From Syncephalis fuscata S228 (Eukaryota > Fungi > Zoopagomycota): a DNA stretch of 64,000 bases. This document shows positions 27,147 to 38,929 of the stretch, piece after piece. A model generated the notes under the pieces. That model was not told where the DNA came from. It saw only the letters and a list, made by a program, of their open reading frames with translations, and made no database searches. Numbering within the stretch: position 1 is the stretch's first letter; each line of letters begins with the position of its first letter. The position numbers were made by a program, and so were the translations under genes. The stretch covers positions 1-64,000 of the forward strand of contig JAHLTZ010000025.1 of NCBI GenBank assembly GCA_025786725.1, given 5' to 3'.

Positions 27147-27484
27147 AGTAAACGGTGTACAGATGTATGAAATAAGATCACAACCAATGCAACTAGAGGT
27201 AGTATTAGCAACAATAAAATGGACCAGCCAAATGAAATGCAATTAGAAAGAGATGTAATTATATACGACATCTATAGACTGCATGTTCTATATCATCTTC
27301 TTATAATAATGATTTTTTCAAACTGTAGAACATCATACCGGTTTTTATTACATTGTTTAGAAGTGTTTGACTTGTCTAATTTAAACTAAAAAGAATTTAT
27401 TTATAGTATTAAGAACAGCTTGTTCTTTGTATTGCCAATCTTGGCGAATATGCAACTTTAGAATATACCTGCTCAGTAATGCAA

Positions 27485-27943
27485 CTATTGTTGATCCAGA
27501 AGACCAACAATCATAATTGCAATAAAAATAGAAACCATTATTGAATAGAGTTTAATGTCTTGGCTTACTATTGCCACATTGGTCGATGACCCCTTATTAG
27601 TTGTGTCGTTGCTTAGTGTGCCTGATGCTGACGGGGGAGACAATGTAGCAGTTGGTGTTGCTGCACCACCGTTATTAATAAGAATGGCTGAAGGAAATCC
27701 GCCCGGAGGAGCGGCAATCGACGAGACCGTAGCCACTGCACCATTAGATAACGTGAATGTCGAAGTGCTAGGTACAGTATCAGGTACAGCTACCGATTGT
27801 GCGTCAGTTGAAACAGCATGTGGATTTGTCGCTGCTAAAAACAACAATGATAGCGATAGTGTTGTCACTATCTGACGCAAGCTATGTAACCGACAACCAT
27901 ACCTCACTCCATTATTACGCTGATTAACGTATTGATAAAGCAT
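27485..27943 (-). CDS. Small Ser/Thr-rich secreted protein with C-terminal hydrophobic anchor (GPI or TM)
   Basis: Hydrophobic leader IVTTLSLSLLFLAA, S/T/P body, tail LYSIMVSIFIAIMIVGLL. Confidence 0.75.
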   Translation of the reverse strand: MLYQYVNQRNNGVRYGCRLHSLRQIVTTLSLSLLFLAATNPHAVSTDAQSVAVPDTVPSTSTFTLSNGAVATVSSIAAPPGGFPSAILINNGGAATPTATLSPPSASGTLSNDTTNKGSSTNVAIVSQDIKLYSIMVSIFIAIMIVGLLDQQ

Positions 27944-28499
27944 GGTGGTTGTATATTCTGTGACAAAGTAGTCGTGTGCAAAACAATTAATACTATTAAA
28001 TGGATAACTGAAACTAAAAATAAGATATAAAGAAGAAACGCTGGAGGATACAGCCATTCACAAGGCAGCTGGTTATTTTATTCTCAACTTTTCTCTTTCT
28101 CTCTCGCTTTCTCTCGCTCTCGTCGATCACATTCAATAGGCCCCTTGTTGTTACACACGCATGATGTTTAAAAGGTATATGATGTTTCCATATTTAGAAT
28201 ACACGTATAACATGCGTTCAACAATACACACATAATTGCCACACACTTATTTAGCAGCAATATCGGCAGTTTATTAAATCAACTGTTTATTTAATTGTAC
28301 TTACATTATTATTTTATTTTAACTTTTAGCTTGGTTTAAAAAGATGTGCTTATTAAATTAAATATCAATATTAAATTAATAGAAATAAATAAATAACTAA
28401 ATAAAGCATTGATATAATCTAACGATAATATAGCATGAATGTAAACTATATCAAATATAATTAATTGTAATATTGCTATTACTTAACCAGATTACATAA

Positions 28500-30415
28500 T
28501 CTAATAAAGTTCAGTTTAAGCTTCGTTGTACTCTAATTAAAGTTTTTCCATTAGGGTCTTTTTCATTTGTTCTCCAGTTAACGACCAGCCGAACATTTAA
28601 TAAATAACTTTTCTACTTCCAATTCTATTTACTATCACTAAAATGCCATTTAGCTTTAACATTAATTAATCATAATATAGATAAGCAAAATTAAAATAAA
28701 ATTTAATATTGTAAATTGGGAATACATAAAAATACATGTATATTTTAGAATTAATTAAATACTCAATATAAACTAATTTATAAATATAACGTGTTTATTC
28801 GCAGCTTTAAGTGTGTAATCATTTGGAAATACTACATATTGCGTGTTTTACTGTAACGGTATATAGATACCAAGATCGTTTCTGATATTGCTGATATTGC
28901 CAGTTAGACCAAGATATGGAACATGGATAGCCTGATCTGATAATTTGGCGTTGTTTGGTGGGTTCGTATCAATGACGATATAGCCAGAATATACCCAGTG
29001 CTTTTTAAGCAAGTGATTCTAGTATGCTAAATGCAATATTGATCATTGCAGTGTCTCCTGGTTTCACTTTAATTTTGTTTGGAGTAATCTTAGCTTCAGC
29101 GTGCATGTTTGTAGTATTTGGCGTTCCACCAAAGCATTTTTAGCGCTGAATTCGTGCATAGATCCAGCCGAAAGATGAGTAATGTAAACTTTTTTTGGTT
29201 GAATAAATTCTTAATCGTTACAGTTGCAAACTTTTGGTGAAGGCTATTTCCTGTTTCCTGTCTATTGCCAAGTTTAATTGCCAAAGAAAAAACACCAATC
29301 TTTCTTGATACTGCTCGTAGAATAATATCGCACTGATTCGACATGACTAAAATTACTTTACCATCCACATGTTCGGGTATCTTACACGAGCCGGTGTTTG
29401 GGTCAGACAGAATGACAAAAAGTGGGTGATCACCTATTATTAACTGCTTATTCTTACAAATATTTGAAACTGATACTTGGATTGGAAATACTGAATATGC
29501 GAACAGTTTCATAAGGCACCTTCATTGCACCAACTGATATTACTGATGGTGAAATACCAGGTGCATCTGAATTTCATATTCCTGGCCGCCCTTTAGATAT
29601 ATTAGAAACGCCAGCAATAATAATCATGTCGTCGGTGTATTTTTGAACTGCTTGAGTCAGTGCCAATCCTCCAGCTTTTATAGTAGTTCCCAAAGATATA
29701 TTGATAATATGCATTTTGTGTTTTTTTTTTGCTTTTTCCAATGCTGGTTCTATCATTTGAAGATTAGGGCCACTTTTACATCCACCTACTTTATAAGCAC
29801 CAATAATAGCGCCTGATGCAATACCATAAAATTTGCCTATTTGTGCTCCAATAATACCGGTCATCTTGGTACCATGACATGCACAATCTTTTGAATTTCT
29901 ACTGGGCTTAGGATCGTTTGTCCCATCATAGGCATTACCGACAAAATCATAGCCATGAGCCACTTTATGGCCTGGACCAAATTTACCACCAAGTGCCAGA
30001 TGCGTATAATCAATACCGCTATCAACAATTCCTATATTAATACCTTCTCCCACTATACCCTTATGGTGCATAGCATTGGCACCAGTCGCCAGGTGCGGCA
30101 TAGCGGCATCAAAAGAATTTCCTAATTTTATATTTTGCATAATAAGTCTATTTTCTTATCCTCAAGTATATGACCTTTTGATAATATCTTTGGTTTCTTA
30201 TACTCGGAACGTCTATTGATACGCACGATATGTTGCTCATTTTGGACTGGCAATGCATTAGTATTAGATGCGCTGATATTGTATTGAGATGTAGCAGTTG
30301 CTGATAATGGTTGTCTAAAATTGTCTGGAGCTGCACTGCAGCGTACAATCAAGGCAATCAGTGCAGTGACCTTTACCGAGTTAAGCAAAGATAGTGTATT
30401 GGAATGATATTACAT
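28500..30415 (-). pseudogene. Degraded S8 subtilisin-like protease (PA and Fn3-like domains)
   Basis: Catalytic Asp (IVDSGIDY) and His (CHGTKMTG) motifs, FGPGHKVAHGYDFVG, WVYSGYIV..HVPYLG. No GTSMA Ser motif seen. In-frame stops (ATG TAA at 30415) and several frameshifts. The 3' limit is approximate. Confidence 0.8.
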
Positions 30416-31746
30416 TGTAAAATGTATGTCTAGTATTTTAAATTGAAAAGGATAATGATATTTTGCTAGACTGAACAAATTTATTACGACTATATACATC
30501 ATGCCATTATACAAATCGGAATAAAACAAGTCCGATTTTGTATCAATGCACCAATTAAGTTTACTTGCCAATTTAAAACAAAGTAGATTTTTTTAAATAA
30601 AAAAAGCAAGTAAATGATTCTTTTGTGCAGAAATATCACTTCTGAGTTTACAACGAATGTCTATTTATAAAAATACTGACAATTTACATTTTCGTGTGTA
30701 TTTCTTATAGCAAACATTGAGCTATTATATTCAAAATTGTAAACAAAAACGTTTTATTTTAATAGCGCATGTACCCTATTGGTGATTGATTTTAACATAT
30801 AGTGTTTTTTAATCACATATTATTTTATATTGTTTAAAATATTAATAATCATAATTACGTTTTTTATTTTAGAAAGTAAAATTACATTATCAAGTCAATG
30901 CTATTTTTGATTTATTTACTATTACCATATTTAGTAATTAGAAATGCTCTATTTTCCACACTAAATAATAGTAAATGCGCATTTTATTATATTTTAAGCT
31001 TTATATTCTACTTATGCAAAAAATAGCTATATAACTGGTTGGTTTATTATCAATAAAAAGCACTTATGCCTATTAAACTTATATTGTTACAAATCCTTAC
31101 ATGTTTATAGTTATTAATGTATTTTATAGTATTTTTATAATTAATTATAACTGTATTGCGACATTTTATAATATTTAGCAATGTTTAAAAATACAACAAT
31201 TAGTCATCATTGCGTTGTAAATACTGGCAATTGTATTACATCATGACCATTACTATTAAATATTTTATTGCTACATATTTATATCTAGTCTTTATGACCG
31301 TATAGCTATGAAATACTCAATAATACTTTATAATAAACAACATAAAATAGCACATTTATACATCCCAGTTTTACCTGTTATCCAAACTATAATAATAACC
31401 ATTATCTGACATGATAGCTCGTATTAATATTTGTTAGTATAGCACTAATAGCTACAATGTAATTATCTACGGGAATAAGCTGACTATTAAACGATTTAAA
31501 ACTGCGCTTAGTTTACTGGCAATTCATAGCATTTTTATACGATTCAATAAACCTCTATATACTATTTATAGACCAAATAATAGTAATACCCATGCAACAA
31601 TAGCCATGGAATCGTGTAACCATTAAGTATTTTAAATAGAATAAAGCAACCTACATTCGAGTATGCCCTTTTCTTTCTACTCGCACCTACTATTGCCCAT
31701 TCTGTCTATTGCATATCACTTTTTGCACAGTTATTTCTAGTCAACT

Positions 31747-33811
31747 ATGCCTTTAAACACCTATAGTGAACGTTTATGGCAAAACTGTGATGTTTTACTG
31801 TATCTATGCCGCTTTATGAATGGCAAGGAGCTGGCACTTTTTGCTACCAGTTGTCGACTTATTCACCAGACAATAGTTGATAGACCGGACTATTGGGAAC
31901 ATCAATTTAAGCGAAAGTTTTGTCTGGGTGATTGGCGGGAACAAGAATGGCTTACATGGCATAACTGGTGCATTGATACTACAACAAAATCCAAAGAATT
32001 GATGGCCAATATAAATGAGACAAAACAAGAACATTTATTATATTCTACCAGTAAAACTATTGATAATATTGATAATGAATATACATTATCCGCTAGTTAT
32101 TCAAAATATATTTCTGATTTTAGTGCCACTCAATGGTTTTATGCTTACCAACGACGTCGGCAAACTGATCATAATTTTATGGCGGGACAGCTCAAAAAGC
32201 AGACATGCCAGTTACCAGTCGGTAAAAACAGGAATCTGTATATAATCGACCTAAATACTTGGTGTGGATTGGTATTGAGTATGCAAGAAAAAGGCTTTTG
32301 GTTGATTCAACACAATATCTTTAGCAAGAAAAACGAGCGCAGCAGCAAGGAATTGGCGTGGAAGGAGTTGACTATTCCTTTATCGCCGCCTTTTCTTGAT
32401 TATATATCCTATACCACTAAAGGTTTTGGAATGCGTCGATTTATTGTAGCTGCTGTTGATATAAAAATATGTAACGAACTGAACAGCATAACACCTGGAA
32501 ATCCAATAGGTAATTAACAATTACTAATGCTAGTTTATATTTTATATGTTTGTTAATATCATTAAAAATAGTAAGCATAGAGGAGTTAAAGGCACAGTAC
32601 ACCAAAGAAACTGAGTATAAAGCCACTACTAATTTAAATGAACGTTCTAATGCATCTTCTACAATAGCATCTTTAAATAAACGAGAAAGTAGCTGGAGAA
32701 AGGTCATTTTGGTGTGGCCTATTACAGGCAACTCGCCACCTAATATTATTTACATCGGACGTGGAGAACGAGATGGGGGAAGTGAAAATAATATTTTTTC
32801 TGACATTTATAATGAATGGGTGCTTTTACATACCAACTATCCACAATACCCATACCAACAATTTGATCTATTTGATTTAGATGGCAATCGATGGATAGAA
32901 GGACTAAAATTGGATAATCACAATACAGCTGGCTGTATTCAGTTTGCTTCTTACGATCAATGCCAATTTTTAACATGTATAATAATAGACGATGTTAAAG
33001 AATCTGGCTCTGCTTCTACTGCTATAGCTGCTCGAGACTTACAAGCTGCCAATAGTAATGATCAAACATTATACATCCAATGGAAACTATTTGACGCTCG
33101 AAAGGGTCAGTCTCAGAGTAATAGGATACTATCGAATCAAATCGCTATTCCATATTGGCCAAACGGTACAATTCAAGCCAAAACGTATACAGAAATAATA
33201 TGCCTAATTACTGTAACTGAATCACGTATTAAATTAGCATATCGTAACAATAGACCAATTAATGCTTTACTGTTTCTTTTTGTATTTGGAAAGAATATAG
33301 CAAATACATTACCACAATCACTATTCGACGCCAGAGATTATGGTCAGCGGCTACCAATTGATAGTTCCGAACAAGGACATGTATTATGGAGGCGGCCTAT
33401 AATTGGTAGCACTATTATGAGCTTATACAGTGCGAAACTGATTATATTCAGGACTATAAAGCATTTAATGTGCTAGATGCTCAAAATGGACATCTACTGC
33501 GTCCAATTGTTTCTGTGGATGACGCTAAACTTACTCACTTTCTTGGATCATTATGCGGATTATATATTTACATTCGTGAAGTTTTAAGATTTATTGACAT
33601 GCAGACTGGCCGTATTTACAAACCACCAACTTGTCTTACTAGGGAACAAACTAAAGACGACACTGAAGACAAGTTTTTAGGCCCCATTGAAGTACTGCAA
33701 TTACCAGAATTGAGTGAAGAATTTACAACAGATACTATAAAATATGATGTATCAAACGTTGTTGTTGGTCGAATAAATGTAAATGGACTGTACAGCTCAT
33801 ATAGATTATAA
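31747..33811 (+). CDS. F-box-like protein with long unknown C-terminal region (intron ~32510-32571, apparent 1-nt deletion ~33447)
   Basis: N-terminal DVLLYLCRFMNGKELALFATSCRLIHQTIVDRPDYWEHQFKRKF resembles an F-box. ORFs 31747, 32550 and 33470 join by one intron and one frameshift. Confidence 0.65.
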
Positions 33812-33924
33812 ATAAACAGCTTTATTTGCATAGCATGCATCTTAAATATTCAAATCAAATACTAAACTAATTGTATTATTTATGTTAAGAGTACTGCGTT
33901 AATAATAAATAGTTTATTAGCCAT

Positions 33925-34720
33925 TTAGTATGACTTGTGGTTAAAATGACTATTTTTAATAATATTCTTTTTATTAAACATGATGATAGATGATGAGTAA
34001 CATTAGGAATCAAATACTCATTATCATAGATTCATTATTTAGCATGCATATATACTCTATTCACCTAATCATTTCTATACTGTTATATGATATAATAGAC
34101 ATATTCTATTGTTTATATGTTCCATTACGTTTTACTCAGTCTACTCATTACGTTATATACGCTGTAGTCTCAACGCTACCCATCATACTTTCTCCACTGT
34201 ATATCTATTCTACGTTCTATTACTATATTGTATAATGGCTACACTTTATTTATCACTGTTGCCAATTTGACGCTAACTCTATTATCTATAAACTTTGACT
34301 CATTGAGCTATACCGAGTCGAATCTTGTAGCCAATAAAGCTAACAACCAATGAACAACGAATTTGACTAGGACAAGGCTAGAAAGCGTAAAATGGCGTAT
34401 AGTAGAATGAGTATTCAATGGGTAGAGCACAAATAGCAGTGTTAAAGTTATAGTGTATATAACGCAACGAACGAGATGAGTAGGGTGCATAAAAGTATAT
34501 AAGGCATAAAGTATATCTGGTATATCATAGAGTGGCTTATAACACTGTAGAGGTACAATGGGAGTAATATATATATGCTGGATAATAAATCTATGATTGA
34601 ACGAATTAATCATAATATAACTTGCCATCTGGCTTCATGTTCACTAGAACAATTGTCTAGTTTAGTTACGCGAATAGTATCAAAAAGTGTTATTTAACAC
34701 CAAATCACAATAAAATCATA
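33925..34720. repeat. Two diverged, oppositely oriented copies of dispersed repeat family B
   Basis: 34075-34225 aligns by eye with the reverse complement of 34390-34535. 33925-34010 matches 45432-45474/45779-45840 and 54410-54600. Confidence 0.65.
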
Positions 34721-34917
34721 AGACACCATCATTTACAGGGCTAGCTAATTAGTTTCTTTATAATAATGCGGTAGTCATTATACACACATACATACCTATA
34801 CAGTATGCATGTATAATAACCAATAACCAATAGAAGGTGATCGACTAACGAAAAAAAGGACAGAAAACTTAATGAAAGAATAAAATAAAAGAACCAGTAG
34901 TAAACTAAAAAAAAGAA

Positions 34918-35505
34918 TTAGAATTGAATAGGTGTGTATTCAGGAATATCCCGCTCGCACTCTTGTCCAAAGAGTCGAGAATAGATGGCACCATCGGGCT
35001 CTTGCGGTGTAGGGGGCAGAGAGGATGAACGACGGGGTGGCGCGTGTTTAGATAGGCCAAGTAGCGCTACACCCGCCACTAGCTTGTTATGAGCAGTATT
35101 AGGGGTTGTCGGTGTAGTGGGCCTAATATCCGCGGTCGCAACACTCCGACGGCCATTAACACCGGTGGTAGTGGTCACGGTCACACTGGGATCCATATCG
35201 GATGCATATCCATTAGCCATGGTCGTATTAATATGCGGTGGCAAAAGGGAGGAACGACGACGGGGCAATGCACCATAATTTGCATTGGCATTAGCATTCA
35301 TGGTGGGACTCGTCGGGGTCAATGGTGGCACGAAGAGTGAAGATCTACGATGAGGTACGACAGGTGGTGCTTCGCCGGGAAATTCGTACATTAATGCATC
35401 ATTCTGAAAGATGAGGTCATCCAGATCGAGTAGCTCGGCATCAAGCAAATCATCATCGCTATTGGTAGTACCCACAGTCCATGAACGAATATTAGCCCAA
35501 ACCAT
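34918..35505 (-). CDS. Intronless disordered Pro/Thr-rich protein with three P-x-RRSS(S)L motifs
   Basis: GC-richer open frame of 195 codons. Motifs VPHRRSSL, LPRRRSSL, APPRRSSSL. Confidence 0.75.
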   Translation of the reverse strand: MVWANIRSWTVGTTNSDDDLLDAELLDLDDLIFQNDALMYEFPGEAPPVVPHRRSSLFVPPLTPTSPTMNANANANYGALPRRRSSLLPPHINTTMANGYASDMDPSVTVTTTTGVNGRRSVATADIRPTTPTTPNTAHNKLVAGVALLGLSKHAPPRRSSSLPPTPQEPDGAIYSRLFGQECERDIPEYTPIQF

Positions 35506-36267
35506 TGTACGTATAATAGAGCGTATCAAAGGACGTGTGTGTGTGTGTGTGTATACAGTGACCTATTCACAATAATCAAATAACCGCAATCAAGGTGTGC
35601 TGTAATAGATGATTATTGGTGGTGGTAGTCGTGGTTGATTGATTAATAGCCGAGAGTAGATAAAAATGTTTATTATTATGACTACAATACTAAAAAATTA
35701 ACTAACGACGGGAAAAAAGAAAATGGTGTTAGTAACAACAGAGAGAGAGAGAGAGTGTGTGTGTGTGTGAAAGTAACAACAATATAGGCAAGAGCGGTAA
35801 AAGGTAGCCGATAAGAAAAAACAAAAATGCATGTACTTGTAGGTTAATGTCACTGATTTTAAATAAACCCGAATGTGGTCGATGTAACCATGCTTGTCAA
35901 GGCCATGCGGTAGTGTGTATGTGTGAGTATGTATGAGTATGGGCAGTGCACATGCCCTTAGTATGCATGTGCTCAAGTCGTGATAGTTCCCCTCACATCC
36001 CATCCATCGTCGTGGTGCCTTCTTTTCCATTGCCAATCCACTTCACTAACCGGTTGTGTTGTTACAAAATAGTCCAATGGCAAATGATGACCCATTTTAC
36101 TGACGACCATTAAGAGTATCGTGTAGCAAATACACATTGACTTAAAACACAGCAAGTATATCGAGGCCACAATATTAATAGTAAGGGTGGTAATATGAAC
36201 GATTAGCCTTAGATGAATCCCTGCACGGCTATCTTGGTCAAGTTATATGAAACGAAAGATAGCGGTT

Positions 36268-37339
36268 TTAGGCTATGCCTCCCTCAACTCGAGAAATAAT
36301 ATCATCACAGAGCTTCATCAAATCGGTATTTTCCCTTGTTTTGGTCTCCACCGTGCTTTCTAGTTGTTTAACGCGTGTTTCCATACGTAGGTTCGTGGCC
36401 CGCAGTGTGGCCAACTCTTTTTCATGTTCAATCCGTATCTCAGCCAATGTCACGTTGGCACTAATCAATTGAAAAGCATGGAACCGAATAAAGCAATAGC
36501 CAATGGTGAGCAATTTTGTCATAGGCCATGCGGTTACGCAATACTTACTAGTCTAATTGCTCTTCAGCATGTGCCTTTAATTTATCAAAGCGTTCTTTGT
36601 AAATGCCATTATCTGATTCTAATCTTTCAATGGTCTTTAATAAAGTATCTTGATCCTATTAATATAATTCAATTTAATGGTTTATTATCGTCTATGAGTT
36701 ACAGTAAATACTTACTCTTCTTAATGCTTCATTCTCTGTTTTACGCATATTATATCGTTTCTTTAATTCTTCAAACGCATGTTCCACTTTGGTCATATGA
36801 TCTTGTAACAAGTCCCGTTCCTCTGTTATGGTCGCCATAGTGGTTGAATAGTTGGCACGTTCATTTTTGGAATCATCTGTAATGCTTGTTGTTAGTGTTA
36901 TCAACATGGTGTTGTTACTATGACTTGCCAATCATTCGCTTCATGGTTGCTTCAAATTCATTCATTAAGGACTCAAGTTGTTTCTTTGTTTGTGTTTCTT
37001 TAGACAGTGCTTTTTGGTATTTCTCCAATTCATGTCGTACTTGGGCAACTTGTTCTTCAGCCTAATTAACCATTTAATTAATACTAATTAATAAACATTA
37101 TAATCTTTGACGTACTTTTACTTCAGCATCGGCTCTGATACGCTCCATATCACGTTCCGAATAGGTGGGTGCACTGCGTGGAGTGGCAAACTCAAAGCTC
37201 AAATCAAGCATGGATGGCCTTGATGTTCCTTCTATGCGTGACCGTCTAGCTGTTAACATATCGGCCACTTTACTTCGTTGTGGTGCTGGGGTCTCAAACT
37301 GTAACATCCAATCAGAACTATCCTTTTTAGCAGTGCCCA

Positions 37340-37375
<36 letters not shown>

Positions 37376-38705
37376 TTGTATTAATTGATGTAGATGATTC
37401 ATTAGATGTGGTCAAATCAGTTAATGGGTCAAATTCAGCAATAGAAGTAAGTATTTTATCATCCAAAGTACATGGAGGTGGTGTTTCTTGAGCCATAGCT
37501 CTTACAGCTATTGGTGTAGTGGGTGTCTTATTATCAATATTGCTATCTTCATTATTTACACTCCCATCTTTATCAGTGCTACTTGATAGTAAAGATTGTG
37601 ATTTAGCTGGAGTAAGAATATGATAACCAGAATTTGTATTAGATTGTAGTGCAAATGGTCCAGTAGTCGGTAGCGTGTATTCGGTCGTTTTTCCGTTATA
37701 GCATGGTATTTGTAGTATTGATATCTTCAGTAGATGTTGATACTGGATCTAAAGTGCTATCTTTACTTGATAGTGCTGTTACTACACTATTATCTTGCTT
37801 ATCTTCTTCTTCTTCTTGCTGTTGTTGTTGTTGTTAATCGCTATAGATGATTTAGGTATAACACTATCTACTTTAGCTTCATTTATCTCCGGTAATCTAT
37901 CAATCTGTGTAGATGCTTGTTCTTCACTAGATAGATTAGATGAATGGATAGCATCTCTACCACAGTTGATGGGGTTGACGACTCACTAATAACAATAGGG
38001 GTTGACGCTATAGGTGTGGTTATTATTGGTATAGTTGGTTCAATAGGTATATCAACTAGTGTATCTCTTAGTGGAGATGCAGATGAGAACAATGGAATGG
38101 TAGATAGATCAGTATCTAATAATGATAATGAAGTATTTGAAATACACTTTAAAGGTGATTCAATAGTATCGTTTAACGTAAATGGCGGTGTGGTTGAAGT
38201 TCCTTGAGGATGAGGACTATCCAGAACAATAGGCGATTGAGCTGAACCAGATAAATGATCGGTATTTGTACTGGATAATTGAACAAATTGACTTGGACTA
38301 TTCATTGTTTTAGTTGAGGTGGCCGGCCAGCAACTGTCATCAAATAATAGTGGACCTTTGTCCTTAATAACCATGTCTTGTTCACTATATTGATATTCAC
38401 TCGAAAGACGGGCTCGTTTTACCGATACTAATGATACGCCATTAGTATCGGTGTTTTCATTACAATCCTCTGAAGTAGCAGGTCGTTTAGGTGGTGTCTA
38501 TATTTATTAGTCAGTTAGTAATAGCCTATATACATATATACATATACATATATATATATATATATATATATCTGGTGTATATACATACTATTTTGTTAGT
38601 AGTGGCATAATGAGATGCATTATCCTCTTGTGTAGCTGTATTATTGGTTACAGGTACCGAGTTGGCAATTGATAAAGGCTTAAGTGGTTGACGTAACTCA
38701 TCCAT
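36268..38705 (-). CDS. TACC-family coiled-coil protein (Alp7/TACC-like), multi-exon
   Basis: Long S/T/P-rich N-terminus. C-terminal coil ending VKQLESTVETKTRENTDLMKLCDDIISRV, typical of the TACC C-terminal domain. Confidence 0.8.
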
Positions 38706-38929
38706 ATTGATCTTAATAAAAACAAGTACAATAAACTAGATAAACGCGAGTACTGTTGATCAATGTCAAAATAGGCTGAAAGTAGAAAGAGAACGCGTAC
38801 AAGTGGAAAAGACACGAAAATAAACATTTATTATGATTATGATTATTAACCACGCTGTCATCACAATAAACACTAAACATCATTTATTACTAATACCATC
38901 TATTAACAGCATATTCATCATTATTTAAT

